A stretch of 64,000 nucleotides of DNA, taken from a bacterium. Its GTDB lineage: Bacteria > UBA8248. The notes under the pieces were generated by a model. The model searched no databases. It had not been told where the DNA came from and saw only the letters and a list, made by a program, of their open reading frames with translations. Location: contig OY843592.1 of NCBI GenBank assembly GCA_963692865.2, positions 3,296,001-3,360,000 of the forward strand, read 5' to 3'. This document shows positions 38,719-48,159 of this stretch, one piece after another; within the stretch, counting starts at the first letter, position 1, and every line of letters begins with the position of its first letter. Position numbers and translations under genes: made by a program.

Positions 38719-39588
38719 CTATTGGCGCTGTCCGCCGACCTCTTCCATCATGCCCCACTTGACGACGGTCACCTTCTCGAACTTCTCGAAGATGAACTTC
38801 TCCATCACGAAGCCGACCAGGGCGATGGCCGCGATGCCCACCAGCATGAAGGCGGTGTCCAGGTCCTCGCGGCTGTCGAAGATGGCGTAGCCGAGACCCC
38901 AGTCGCTCGCGGCCACCATCTCGCCCGCGATGCCGGCGCGCCAGGCGCGCGCCAAGCCGATGCGGATGCCCGAGAGGATGAAGGGCAGCGAGCCGGGGAA
39001 AATGACCTTCCAGAACAGGGTCATTCCCTCGGCGTTCATCGACTGCGCCGCCCGTATCCAGATCGGATTGATGGTCTTCACGCCCGTCCAGGTGGAGGAG
39101 ATGGCCGGAAGCGCCGCGGCGAACGCGGTAATGAAGATCATCGTCGTGTTGCCGAGGCCGAACCACAGGACGAGAATCGGGCTCCACGCCAGGGCCGGAA
39201 TGGGCAGGAGCATGCTCAGGATGGGGATCATGAACTTCTCGAACCAGCCGATTCGCCCCATCGCGATCCCGATGCCTATCCCCACGAAGCCCGCGATGAT
39301 CATTCCCACCATAATCCGCCATGCGGTGTGATAGGAGTGTACGCACAAAACGCATGTGGTCTCACCGGACTTCAGGAAGGTGACCTCGTAGAAGCGGTGC
39401 AGAATGGGGAATACGCGCGGAAACAGCGCGGGCTCGCTCACGTACCAGGCGATGCACTCCCATATCACGAGCACCGCGATGAAGCTCGGGACGTTGTCCT
39501 TGAGCCACATCCAGACTCTTTCCTGCTTCGTGTATTCGTCAGGCAGTTTTACGTCATCTCTTCTGACTTCATCCGTCGCCGTCGCCAT
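38719..39588 (-). CDS. NitT/TauT ABC permease
   Basis: PIPALAWSPILVLWFG, the EAA loop (RAAQSMNA), LPFILSG and AGEM. Confidence 0.9.
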   Translation of the reverse strand: MATATDEVRRDDVKLPDEYTKQERVWMWLKDNVPSFIAVLVIWECIAWYVSEPALFPRVFPILHRFYEVTFLKSGETTCVLCVHSYHTAWRIMVGMIIAGFVGIGIGIAMGRIGWFEKFMIPILSMLLPIPALAWSPILVLWFGLGNTTMIFITAFAAALPAISSTWTGVKTINPIWIRAAQSMNAEGMTLFWKVIFPGSLPFILSGIRIGLARAWRAGIAGEMVAASDWGLGYAIFDSREDLDTAFMLVGIAAIALVGFVMEKFIFEKFEKVTVVKWGMMEEVGGQRQ

Positions 39589-39835
39589 CAACAGCCTCCC
39601 AAATCATGCGATTTTCAAATCATTTCGTATGCAATGCGTCCACGGCCGAAGCCGTGGAATTATCCATCTACTCTGGATGATTCATTGCGGGTGGATTCCG
39701 ATTTGCGGCCATTCTTGCAAAATTGCTTTCCCAAGTCAAAATCATCGGGCAAAGATTTTCTCGTTTTCGGATCATGGAATTTCACCCGCGATCATCACCT
39801 CACGACGCTTTCGTCCACCCGGGCCGATTACCGCT

Positions 39836-40270
39836 TTATTCAGGGCCTTGATCGGCAATATCCCGAAACCGCGCGGCCACGCTCTCGTCCGCCCCTTCGC
39901 CGATATAGGCGCCGTAGGTCGTATCATCCTCGGCGACCCCCTCGATCTGCCAGGTCGTATCCTTCGCCACGATGAAGACGACGTCCTCATCGTCGGTGGC
40001 CACCATGCTGTGGAGCGAATTGGCCGGTATGTGGATGATGCCCCCCTTGCCGACCGTCTTGCGCTCGCCGTCGATCATCGCCTGCAGGCTGCCCTGCTGC
40101 ACGAAGATGAACTGCTCGTTGGGGTGGCGGTGCGGCCTGCTGCCCGTGCCCGCGGGCTTGTTGATGACGCCGAAGATGACGCGATCGCCGTCCACCCACA
40201 CGCCCTCGGAGGTGCTGTAGCTCGCCCCCGCCAGTTTCTGCTCCATCGTCTTGGGATCGTAAAAAGGCAT
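39836..40270 (-). CDS. Cupin domain protein
   Basis: PHRHPNEQF...G...HIPANSLH. Confidence 0.85.
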   Translation of the reverse strand: MPFYDPKTMEQKLAGASYSTSEGVWVDGDRVIFGVINKPAGTGSRPHRHPNEQFIFVQQGSLQAMIDGERKTVGKGGIIHIPANSLHSMVATDDEDVVFIVAKDTTWQIEGVAEDDTTYGAYIGEGADESVAARFRDIADQGPE

Positions 40271-40336
40271 TGTCTTTCGTTTCCTCCAATCGATTGTTCA
40301 AGGATTCATGGATTCATTCTACGCTTCCACGCGTTA

Positions 40337-41365
40337 TTATATTTCGCGATATTCGGTGGCGACGGCGAACCCCTTGTTGCCCACCTCGAACGGCCCGCTG
40401 CACCTGCTGAAGAAGAGCACGCCATCGGCCGGACTGCGGAGCTCCTCCACCACTTCGAGACTGTACGGGTCCAGCATTTCCCCCAGAAGCTCACCTTCGC
40501 TCACCTTCGCGCCCAGGTCCGCGAAGTGCGTTTTGCGCGAGATGAGGTATCCCCCGTTCGACGGGTTGGCCTCGGCGCGGTGGGCGAAATCGAAATAGGT
40601 GACCCTCAATCTCTTCTCCTCTCCCGGCAGCATCCCGAGGTGAACGAGGAGGTTCAAAAAACCTTTCTCCATGTCAGCGCGGTAGAGGTTCTCCTCGCAT
40701 TCGGGCAGATAAGCGCCGCCTATCTCCACGCTCACGGCGGGTATCCCCTGCGTGAGCGCATGGCCCGAAGCGCTCGATTTGCTGAAAGGCACGCCATGCA
40801 CCAAGCCTGCGCCCCCGCTCGCGAAGGCGATAGCCATCCCGCGCGATTTCTCGCCGACCGCGCCATCTATGCCCGGGTCCGTATCGACGCGCCTCTGGAT
40901 TCTCCCGGCCGCGCCGCCCGAGTGGAACTCCACGAGATAATCCGCGCGCTCGATCAGGGTTTCACGAATCTTGTGCGCATAGCGCTGCGTGAGCGTCCCC
41001 CTGGCGGAGCCCGGAAACGCGCCCCAGAGGTTCGTCTGCTCGTGCTGATCCGGGGATTGACGCGAGAAATTCGAAAAGGCGAAAGGATTCGCCACCGGAA
41101 CGAGAAGAAGAGCGCCGCTCAACTGCGCGCGGTCGATTTGCGCCAGGACGTTCTGAAACGCGCGAATCGGCTGCGGCTCGTCCCCGTGGACGCATGCGAG
41201 AACGGAGAGGGTGGGGCCGGCCTTCGCCCCTCTCACGCAGTGAAGGGGCAGACCCGTCTCGGCGCCGGTGAGCATCCGCGCCACCGGAATTCTCATGTAT
41301 TCATACGCGCCGGGGGCTACTCCCAAGCCCCCGATTTCCCGGACGTCCGCTCCGCTCACGCTCAA
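40337..41365 (-). CDS. Succinylglutamate desuccinylase / aspartoacylase (M14) family
   Basis: VHGDE, VPVANP, FPG, EFHSG, VEIGG and C-terminal SPADG. Confidence 0.87.
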   Translation of the reverse strand: MSVSGADVREIGGLGVAPGAYEYMRIPVARMLTGAETGLPLHCVRGAKAGPTLSVLACVHGDEPQPIRAFQNVLAQIDRAQLSGALLLVPVANPFAFSNFSRQSPDQHEQTNLWGAFPGSARGTLTQRYAHKIRETLIERADYLVEFHSGGAAGRIQRRVDTDPGIDGAVGEKSRGMAIAFASGGAGLVHGVPFSKSSASGHALTQGIPAVSVEIGGAYLPECEENLYRADMEKGFLNLLVHLGMLPGEEKRLRVTYFDFAHRAEANPSNGGYLISRKTHFADLGAKVSEGELLGEMLDPYSLEVVEELRSPADGVLFFSRCSGPFEVGNKGFAVATEYREI

Positions 41366-42375
41366 TGCCCCCTGATCTCCGAAACCTCGACCACGCGCCC
41401 GCTCTTCGCACTCTCGACGATCGACTCCAGAACGGCCACGACTTCACGCGCCGCTCTTCCGTCCGTTTCGGGCGCGGCCTCGCCCCGGATGCACTTGCCG
41501 AATTCCTGTATTTCTTCGGCGAGCGCATCGCCGCCGTCCACGGAAAGCTCGCTCCTTTGGGTTTCGTCTTTTTTCTGGAGATAGAGCCGCTCTCCCTCGT
41601 CCTCGCTCCATGCGGAGGCTTCGGTGCCGTGGGCCGATGTCGTGCATTGCTTGGGCGTGACGTAGCAGGTGGTGATGTAGCCGAGCGGGCCGCTTTCGTA
41701 TTCGAGGACGATGTTCGTCACGTCATCGAGGTTGCCCGCGGCGTACAGTTGCTTGCTGAACGCGCTCACCCGCTTCACAGGGCCGGCCAGGTACTGGAGG
41801 TTGTCCACCATGTGGACGCCGAGTCCCGTCATTCCCCCCGCCGGGCATTCCGCCGGGTCGTTTCGCCAGCCGCTTCTCGGGTTCTGGCCGTTGGGGTTGG
41901 AGAGGTTCGCCTCCAGGGCGTGGATCATCCCGAGTGCGCCCTCGTCTATCATCCCGCGAATCTTTCGGTTCGCGCCCTGCCGCCTCCTGTGGTGTCCGAT
42001 AAGGAGCGTGACGCCCGCCTTTTCCGTAGCTTCGATGCACTTGTCCGCATCCGCCACCGTCAGGGTGAGCGGTTTTTCGACGAAGACGTGCTTGCCGGCC
42101 GATGCGGCCTGCGTGATCAAGTCCGTATGCGTGGAATGGGGCGTGGCGATGAGAATCCCCTCCACCTCGCTGTCCTTCAGCACTTCATCGTAAGACGCCG
42201 CCGGGCGGCACCCGAATTTCTCCGCAAACTCCTCGCGCGCCGATTCGGTTCTCGTGAAACACCGGGTAATCTCCACGTTTCCCGCCCTTTTCGCGGCGTT
42301 CGCCAGGGTGGTTCCCCAGTTGGCCAGGCCGATGGACGCCAACCGAACCTTTTCATCCGCCATAACAACCCCCAT
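41362..42375 (-). CDS. Gfo/Idh/MocA family oxidoreductase
   Basis: IGLANWG, ATP, GKHVFVEKP and GVHMVD. Confidence 0.9.
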   Translation of the reverse strand: MGVVMADEKVRLASIGLANWGTTLANAAKRAGNVEITRCFTRTESAREEFAEKFGCRPAASYDEVLKDSEVEGILIATPHSTHTDLITQAASAGKHVFVEKPLTLTVADADKCIEATEKAGVTLLIGHHRRRQGANRKIRGMIDEGALGMIHALEANLSNPNGQNPRSGWRNDPAECPAGGMTGLGVHMVDNLQYLAGPVKRVSAFSKQLYAAGNLDDVTNIVLEYESGPLGYITTCYVTPKQCTTSAHGTEASAWSEDEGERLYLQKKDETQRSELSVDGGDALAEEIQEFGKCIRGEAAPETDGRAAREVVAVLESIVESAKSGRVVEVSEIRGH

Positions 42376-42597
42376 TCAGTTAGATGTATGCCGTGCAAAA
42401 TCCTCGTTTACACTCATCGCCAATGAAATGCTGGAGAGCGCCTCTTTTTTTTTGTCGAACATAAATTGTCAGATGCGACGGGAAAGGGTAACATTCGCGC
42501 CTTGGGTTCAACAAACCTGATAACAAAATTTTTCGAATCGTGGTGATTCACCAAAATTTCGGTACGGGTAATTTCGTCAAAATAAGGAGTTCATCGG

Positions 42598-43425
42598 ATG
42601 CCGTTTCATCGTTTCGAAGGAATAGAAAAAAAGGCCCTCTCACCCCACCTCTCCTCCGGCCAGGGCGCCATCGTGGAGGGGGAATACATGTATTTCTGCC
42701 GGGTCAGCAAGGTGGCCGGCACGGGTTCCCAGATACATTACCACCCCAACGAACTCATGATTTTCCCGGTCAGCGGGAAAATCAATGCGCTCGTCGGACA
42801 GGACAGGCGGGTCGTCACGCCGGGCACCTTCGTTCACGTGCCCGCTTTCGCCCAGCACCAGATGATCGCCACCGAGGACGGCGACATGGAATATCTCTAC
42901 GTGAAGGACCGCTCCTGGACGGTCGTGGGCCTCGATAGAGACCAGGTCGTGCCGGACAAGGCGCCCAGCGTCGATGAGATCAACGAAATGTACGAGGACG
43001 GCTCCACCGAAAGCTTCGAAAAAGACGCCGCCAAGGCGCAAATCATCGTCGAGGGCCTGAACAACTCCTATTACCCGATACTCCCCTCCCTGGACGCTCC
43101 CGCATGCTCGGGACGCCATACCGTGTGGATCGAGGGCGAGCGCCTCGCGTTCGGGTATGGCGAGATCCCCGAGGGTTTCGAGGATCAGACCACCGAGAAC
43201 GCGCACGAACAATTCGTCTACGTCATCAAGGGAATCATCGACGCCCAGGTGGACGACGAGCGGCAACAGGCGGGTCCCGGCTCCATCATCCACGTCCCGA
43301 AGGGATCGAAGCGGAGCCTCTCCACGCAGAGCGGCCAGCACGCGCGCTACGCGTCGGTGCGGGCCATGCCGAAGCTAGAGGAGATGTTGAGGGAAAAAGC
43401 GGCGGCCGCGGCGGCGGAAAACTAG
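42598..43425 (+). CDS. Bicupin protein
   Basis: Domain 1 HYHPNE...HVPAFAQH; domain 2 degenerate (HEQF...HVPKG). Confidence 0.82.
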   Translation: MPFHRFEGIEKKALSPHLSSGQGAIVEGEYMYFCRVSKVAGTGSQIHYHPNELMIFPVSGKINALVGQDRRVVTPGTFVHVPAFAQHQMIATEDGDMEYLYVKDRSWTVVGLDRDQVVPDKAPSVDEINEMYEDGSTESFEKDAAKAQIIVEGLNNSYYPILPSLDAPACSGRHTVWIEGERLAFGYGEIPEGFEDQTTENAHEQFVYVIKGIIDAQVDDERQQAGPGSIIHVPKGSKRSLSTQSGQHARYASVRAMPKLEEMLREKAAAAAAEN

Positions 43426-43442
43426 GGCGGGGCGAATCGCGC

Positions 43443-43841
43443 ATGGCGAAACACCTGGTGTGCAAGATATCGGAACTGCCCCCCGGCGCGCGGAAGATAG
43501 TCGATGTCGAAGGCCGCTCCATCGGCGTGTTCAACATCAAGAATTCCCTGTATGCGGTCAGGAATTCCTGCCCGCACCAGGGCGCGCCGCTTTGTCTCGG
43601 CAAGGTCAAGGGGACGATGAAGTCCTCCAGGCCGCATTCGTATGAATACGTGATGGACGAGCAGGTTCTCGTGTGCCCCTGGCATTGCTGGGAATTCGAC
43701 ATCACGAACGGGCGCTCCGTATTCAACCCCCACAGGATGCGCGTCAAGACCTACGAGGTCACGCTCGAGGCGGAAGAAGACCCCTCCATCGAGACGTATG
43801 AGGTAACGCTCGAAAAAGACCTGGTGATGCTGCACGTGTGA
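43443..43841 (+). CDS. Small soluble Rieske [2Fe-2S] ferredoxin
   Basis: CPHQGA and CPWH boxes; true start ATG 43443. Confidence 0.88.
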   Translation: MAKHLVCKISELPPGARKIVDVEGRSIGVFNIKNSLYAVRNSCPHQGAPLCLGKVKGTMKSSRPHSYEYVMDEQVLVCPWHCWEFDITNGRSVFNPHRMRVKTYEVTLEAEEDPSIETYEVTLEKDLVMLHV

Positions 43842-43869
43842 TTCCCCGCCACAGGAGCCGAGAGAACGA

Positions 43870-44967
43870 ATGAGAAAAATCGAGAGAATAGAACTCTTCC
43901 CCGTCGCCATTCCGCTCAACCATCCCTACAAGAGCGCCACGCGCACCGCGACGCATTCCGAGGACATCGTCGTCAAAATCACCTGCGAGGGCGTTTCCGG
44001 CTGGGGTGGCGCGCCGCTTCGCTCGTTTCCGACCGGGGAGACGCTGAAGAGCGCGTACCAGATTCTCGATGAATACCTGGTTCCCGCGGTCGCCGATTGC
44101 AATCCCTTCGACAGGGAACTCATCGTCCACAAGATGGAAAAGGCCATCCCCTTCCATTACTCGCCGAAAGCGGCGGTCGACTGCGCGGTGCACGATCTTA
44201 TCGGACGCATGCTGGATTGCCCGGTCTACGATCTGCTGGGCGGAAAAATCAGGGACGAGATGCCCGCCTTCGACATCCTGCCCTTGGAATCGCCCGAACG
44301 AACCGCCGAACTCGCGGCGGAATCCATGGCCCTGGGAATCACCTCGTTCAAGGTGAAGATGAACCGCGACACGAAGACGAGCGTCGCCCGCGTGGCGGCG
44401 GCCCGGGAGGCGGCCGGGGATGCGGCGCACATCGTCGTCGACGCGAACATGAGCTGGACGCCCAAGCTCGCCGTGCAGATGTGCGCGCGCATCGAGGAGT
44501 ACGGCATCACCATGCTGGAGCAGCCCGTGCCCGGCAACGACCTCGACGGTCTGGAGTTCGTCACCAGGAACACGCGCATCCCCATCTGCGCGGACGAATC
44601 GTTCCGGCCCGACTATCTGGCCCGGATCGCCCGCAGGCGCGCCGCCGACATCGTGAACCTGAAGGTGAACCGCGAGGGCGGTCTGCTCCACGCGAAAAAG
44701 GCCGCCGCCCTCATCGAGATTCACGGCATCGAGGGCATCTGCGGCAGCGTGATCCACAGCGCGCTGAACGACGCCGCCTGCGCGCACCTTTTCGCCTCGA
44801 CTCCCGCTATCGTCTACAACGAATCAGGAAAAGCTCCCGCCTGGCATGATGAGGACATCGTTACCGGCTTCGAGGCCGAAGGCGGGGTCGTCAAAGTGCC
44901 CGAAGGCCCTGGCTTGGGAGTGGAAGTGAACGAGGAGGCGGTCCAGAAATTCCGCATCGATGTTTGA
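43870..44967 (+). CDS. Enolase superfamily (muconate cycloisomerase / dipeptide epimerase subgroup)
   Basis: FKVK, DAN, EQP, ADES, NLK...GG and GPGLG. Confidence 0.9.
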   Translation: MRKIERIELFPVAIPLNHPYKSATRTATHSEDIVVKITCEGVSGWGGAPLRSFPTGETLKSAYQILDEYLVPAVADCNPFDRELIVHKMEKAIPFHYSPKAAVDCAVHDLIGRMLDCPVYDLLGGKIRDEMPAFDILPLESPERTAELAAESMALGITSFKVKMNRDTKTSVARVAAAREAAGDAAHIVVDANMSWTPKLAVQMCARIEEYGITMLEQPVPGNDLDGLEFVTRNTRIPICADESFRPDYLARIARRRAADIVNLKVNREGGLLHAKKAAALIEIHGIEGICGSVIHSALNDAACAHLFASTPAIVYNESGKAPAWHDEDIVTGFEAEGGVVKVPEGPGLGVEVNEEAVQKFRIDV

Positions 44968-44988
44968 TGCGGGCTGTCCTCGCCCATA

Positions 44989-45278
44989 GGAGCTGTTGAA
45001 AACCCTTTCCCGCTCGGTTTTCACCATCGCCGTCATTCCGGCGAAAGCCGGAATCCATTCTAAAGCAGAATGACAATACGCGGGCTGCTCATCTCCCCGT
45101 CATTGGCGAGAATCTGACAAAAAACAAAGGCAAGACAAATGGATTCCGGCTTTCGCCGGAATGACGAACAAAATCGAACCGCCTCTTGTAGGGACAGGTC
45201 GCGACCTGTCCCTACGGACCTTCCTCCCCGGTTGGTTCCATTTGCCAAATCACGGAATCAGGACTTTATCAACTGCCC
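44989..45278. mobile_element. Degenerate MITE-like element with a REP pair and a GTAG hairpin
   Basis: GGAGCTGTTGAAAA ... TTTATCAACTGCCC; REP pair at 45031-45057 / 45140-45166; GTAGGGACAGGTCGCGACCTGTCCCTAC at about 45188-45215. Confidence 0.68.
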
Positions 45279-45294
45279 TATTACGATCTCCCGC

Positions 45295-46440
45295 TCAGAG
45301 CTTGTGGCCGTAGAGTTCCTCGGCGCTTTCATGGTAGATGCGCCGCCTCATCTCGTCGGAGACTTCCTGAAAAACCTGCCGGGGGTTGTCGAAATCCCAA
45401 TGCGGATAATCAGAGGCGAACAGCAGCGTCTTCTCCGCCTTGGCCATCCTCAGAATCTGGCGGTGATCCTCGTTCGTGGGCGGCTCGGCGATGGGCTGCG
45501 TGGTCAGCCGGACGTGGTCGACGATGTATTCGCTCGGCGGACGCTCCAGCCAGGGGACTTCCGCGCGAAGTGAGCGCCATTCCTGATCGAAGCGCCACAT
45601 GATGCTCGGCAGCCAGGCGTAGCCCATCTCCTGAAAGACGACCTTGAGTTTCGGGAAACGAACGAACACGCCCTCGCACACCAGGCTGATGACCTGGGCC
45701 TGCGCGATGGTCACCGCGCCCGTGTGCACCTCGATGTAGTAGGCGGGTATTCCCGTGGGGTTCATGGGCGTGTTCACGCCCGCCGCCTCGCCCGCGCCGT
45801 GCATCCCGATAGGGAGCCCCAAGGCCTCGGCGGCTTCGTAGATGGGATAGTAGTGGCGGTTCCCCATCAGAACGTCCATCTGCGGAATCTGCACCTGAAC
45901 CACGGCGGGATGCGCGCCGACCCGCTCGATTTCCTTAGCGGCGAGCACGGGGTCTCGCGGGCCGACGTGCATGGCGAGCTTGAGGCGGGGTTCCGGCTCG
46001 CACCACTCGTGCAGCAGCCAGTCGTTGTTCGCCGCGATGAAGGCGGCCGCCATGTCGGCGTCCGGCAGCCCGCCGATGCCGAACAGGTCACCGGCGATGA
46101 GAACGCCGGCGTCGACCCCGTATTTGTCCAGATGGTGGGAGCGCAGCATGTCGAGGTCGGAACCCGGTCTCCCGCCGTCGGGCGGCAGGGCGTCGGGACG
46201 CTCGGCGCCGTGGGGGTGGTAATACCAGCGCTTGGGTATCGAAAAGACGTTTCGCGCGGTGTTCGGGTCCTTGGCGGAACTGAGCGGCGCCACGCCCATG
46301 CGCTTGCGCCACGATTCCGAGAGATACGGATGAAGCTGGTGCATACCGTTCATGCGCGGGTGGATGTCCGCGTCGATGATCTTGAGCTTCACCTCATCCG
46401 TAGTTTCTTCCACCGCAGTTTCAAGTCCCGTCTCGTTCAT
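45295..46440 (-). CDS. Amidohydrolase_2 family protein
   Basis: IIDADIH, NDW, PIGMH, FPKLKVVFQEMG and FASDYPHWDFD. Confidence 0.88.
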   Translation of the reverse strand: MNETGLETAVEETTDEVKLKIIDADIHPRMNGMHQLHPYLSESWRKRMGVAPLSSAKDPNTARNVFSIPKRWYYHPHGAERPDALPPDGGRPGSDLDMLRSHHLDKYGVDAGVLIAGDLFGIGGLPDADMAAAFIAANNDWLLHEWCEPEPRLKLAMHVGPRDPVLAAKEIERVGAHPAVVQVQIPQMDVLMGNRHYYPIYEAAEALGLPIGMHGAGEAAGVNTPMNPTGIPAYYIEVHTGAVTIAQAQVISLVCEGVFVRFPKLKVVFQEMGYAWLPSIMWRFDQEWRSLRAEVPWLERPPSEYIVDHVRLTTQPIAEPPTNEDHRQILRMAKAEKTLLFASDYPHWDFDNPRQVFQEVSDEMRRRIYHESAEELYGHKL

Positions 46441-46483
46441 TTCAAGGCCCCTCTATGTCAAGAACTCGAAAACGTATGCCGTC

Positions 46484-47827
46484 CTAAAATTCGGGAAACG
46501 CCGCCCGCCAGTCCATCTCCTCCTCGAACCACCTCGCCGCCGCCAGCAGCTTTTCCTCGCCTAAACGCATCGCGCCGAACTGGATGCCCAAGGGGAGATT
46601 CATATCCCCGCGCCCCAGGGGAAGTGTAATCGCCGGCTGTCCCGAAAAAGTGAGCGGCTGCAAAAAGGCGGGCGAGCCCGTGGACTCCTCCCACGGCGGC
46701 GGCCCCGAGTCGAAACTCGGCAGGGCGAACAGATCGTAGCGCTCCATCAGATCGTCCATCTTCCGCATGAATGCGGTACGCACGCGCAACGCCTTCACGT
46801 AATGGACCGCGGGCGCCATGAATCCGATCGTCATGCTCCTGCGCACGTAAGGCGGGAGTTCGTCCTTGTGGGCATCGTACAATTCCTGGTGGCAAGCGGC
46901 GGAATCCACGCAGCGGGCGATGAAATGCGCCGCGTTTATCTCATCCATGCTCATCGGGAGCTCTATTTCGTGGACGGCGACCCCTTTCGCTCTTATCCGT
47001 TCCACCGCCCCCTCGGTCCACTCGGCGACTTCCTCGCCGGCCAGCGCGAGCAGGTGCTTGAAGTACGCGATTTTTCCGGGCTTTCGGGGCGTAACGTACG
47101 CGCTTGGCGGCGGGGCGTCCACGGCGCCGTGATCCGCGCCATCGGGGCCTGCCGCCACCGCCAGCACCCTCGCGATGTCCTCGACCGTGCGCGCGATGAT
47201 TCCCAGATGATCGAAGTTCCACGATACGTCGATGACGCCCGTCCTGGGAATGCGCCCATAGGTGGGCTTGAGACCCGGCACGCCGCAATACGCGGCGGGG
47301 CGAAGGGTGGAGCCCGTCGTCTGGCTGCCGAACGCGGCGGGAACCATGCCCGCCCCCACGGCGGCGGCCGAACCGCTGCTCGACCCGCCCGGGCTTCGCT
47401 CGACGTTCCAGGGATTGCGGGCGATGGATGGGTCCCCCTGCGCGAAGGGCGTCGTCACCGTCTTGCCGAGGGCGATTGCGCCCGCACCCCGAAGACGCGC
47501 CACGCAGGCGGCGTCCTCGGAGGCGGTTCGTCCCTCGAAGATATGCGCTCCGGCTTCGAGCTTGAGACCTCGTATGGCGAAAATATCCTTGGCGGCATAC
47601 GGCGCGCCCGCCAGAGGACCCAGTTCCTCCCCCGCGCTTCTGGCGTCGTCCACCGCCTTCGCCGCCTTGAGAGCGCCCTGCGCGTCCACCTGCACCCAGG
47701 CCTTCACCTGCTCTTCGCAAGCGTCAATGCGCGACAGCAAGGAACGCACCCACTCCTCCGACGTAAGGGCGTCCTCCTCCATCCTGCTCAAGCCCTCGCT
47801 CAAAGAGAGCCGCCAGTGCTCGCTCAT
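46484..47827 (-). CDS. Amidase signature family protein
   Basis: KD, GKT, PGGSSSGSAAAV and GSQTTGSTLRPA. Confidence 0.9.
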   Translation of the reverse strand: MSEHWRLSLSEGLSRMEEDALTSEEWVRSLLSRIDACEEQVKAWVQVDAQGALKAAKAVDDARSAGEELGPLAGAPYAAKDIFAIRGLKLEAGAHIFEGRTASEDAACVARLRGAGAIALGKTVTTPFAQGDPSIARNPWNVERSPGGSSSGSAAAVGAGMVPAAFGSQTTGSTLRPAAYCGVPGLKPTYGRIPRTGVIDVSWNFDHLGIIARTVEDIARVLAVAAGPDGADHGAVDAPPPSAYVTPRKPGKIAYFKHLLALAGEEVAEWTEGAVERIRAKGVAVHEIELPMSMDEINAAHFIARCVDSAACHQELYDAHKDELPPYVRRSMTIGFMAPAVHYVKALRVRTAFMRKMDDLMERYDLFALPSFDSGPPPWEESTGSPAFLQPLTFSGQPAITLPLGRGDMNLPLGIQFGAMRLGEEKLLAAARWFEEEMDWRAAFPEF

Positions 47828-48039
47828 ACCACGCCCTCATCGGCATCTTGTTCTTTCAGCTTAGGAATAAACGGCTCATTCGTAGACTCCACGGGCGTGT
47901 CGGAGAGAATCTGCATCATCCGCGCGCAGTCATCCGCCGTCCTGAGGCCCAGTTCATCCTGAGGCACGCCGAAGATGGTCAGAGCCATCTCGCCGATCCG
48001 CGCCGCCGTTTTCTCTTGAGCCTCTCGCGGTTCCGCCAT
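47824..48039 (-). CDS. Small acidic protein, translationally coupled to the amidase (GatC/AtzG-like position)
   Basis: 71 aa, RBS GGAGGGGAG, stop overlaps the amidase ATG (ATGA). Confidence 0.55.
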   Translation of the reverse strand: MAEPREAQEKTAARIGEMALTIFGVPQDELGLRTADDCARMMQILSDTPVESTNEPFIPKLKEQDADEGVV

Positions 48040-48159
48040 CTCCCCTCCCCTCGTCACGCGAACGTTCGCCTCTTGCGCATCGCATATTGGGCATCTCGAA
48101 TGAAAAGCATCATACTATAAAGGAGCCGCCGGACTTAAGGGCGGTGAAGGGGAAAGCGC

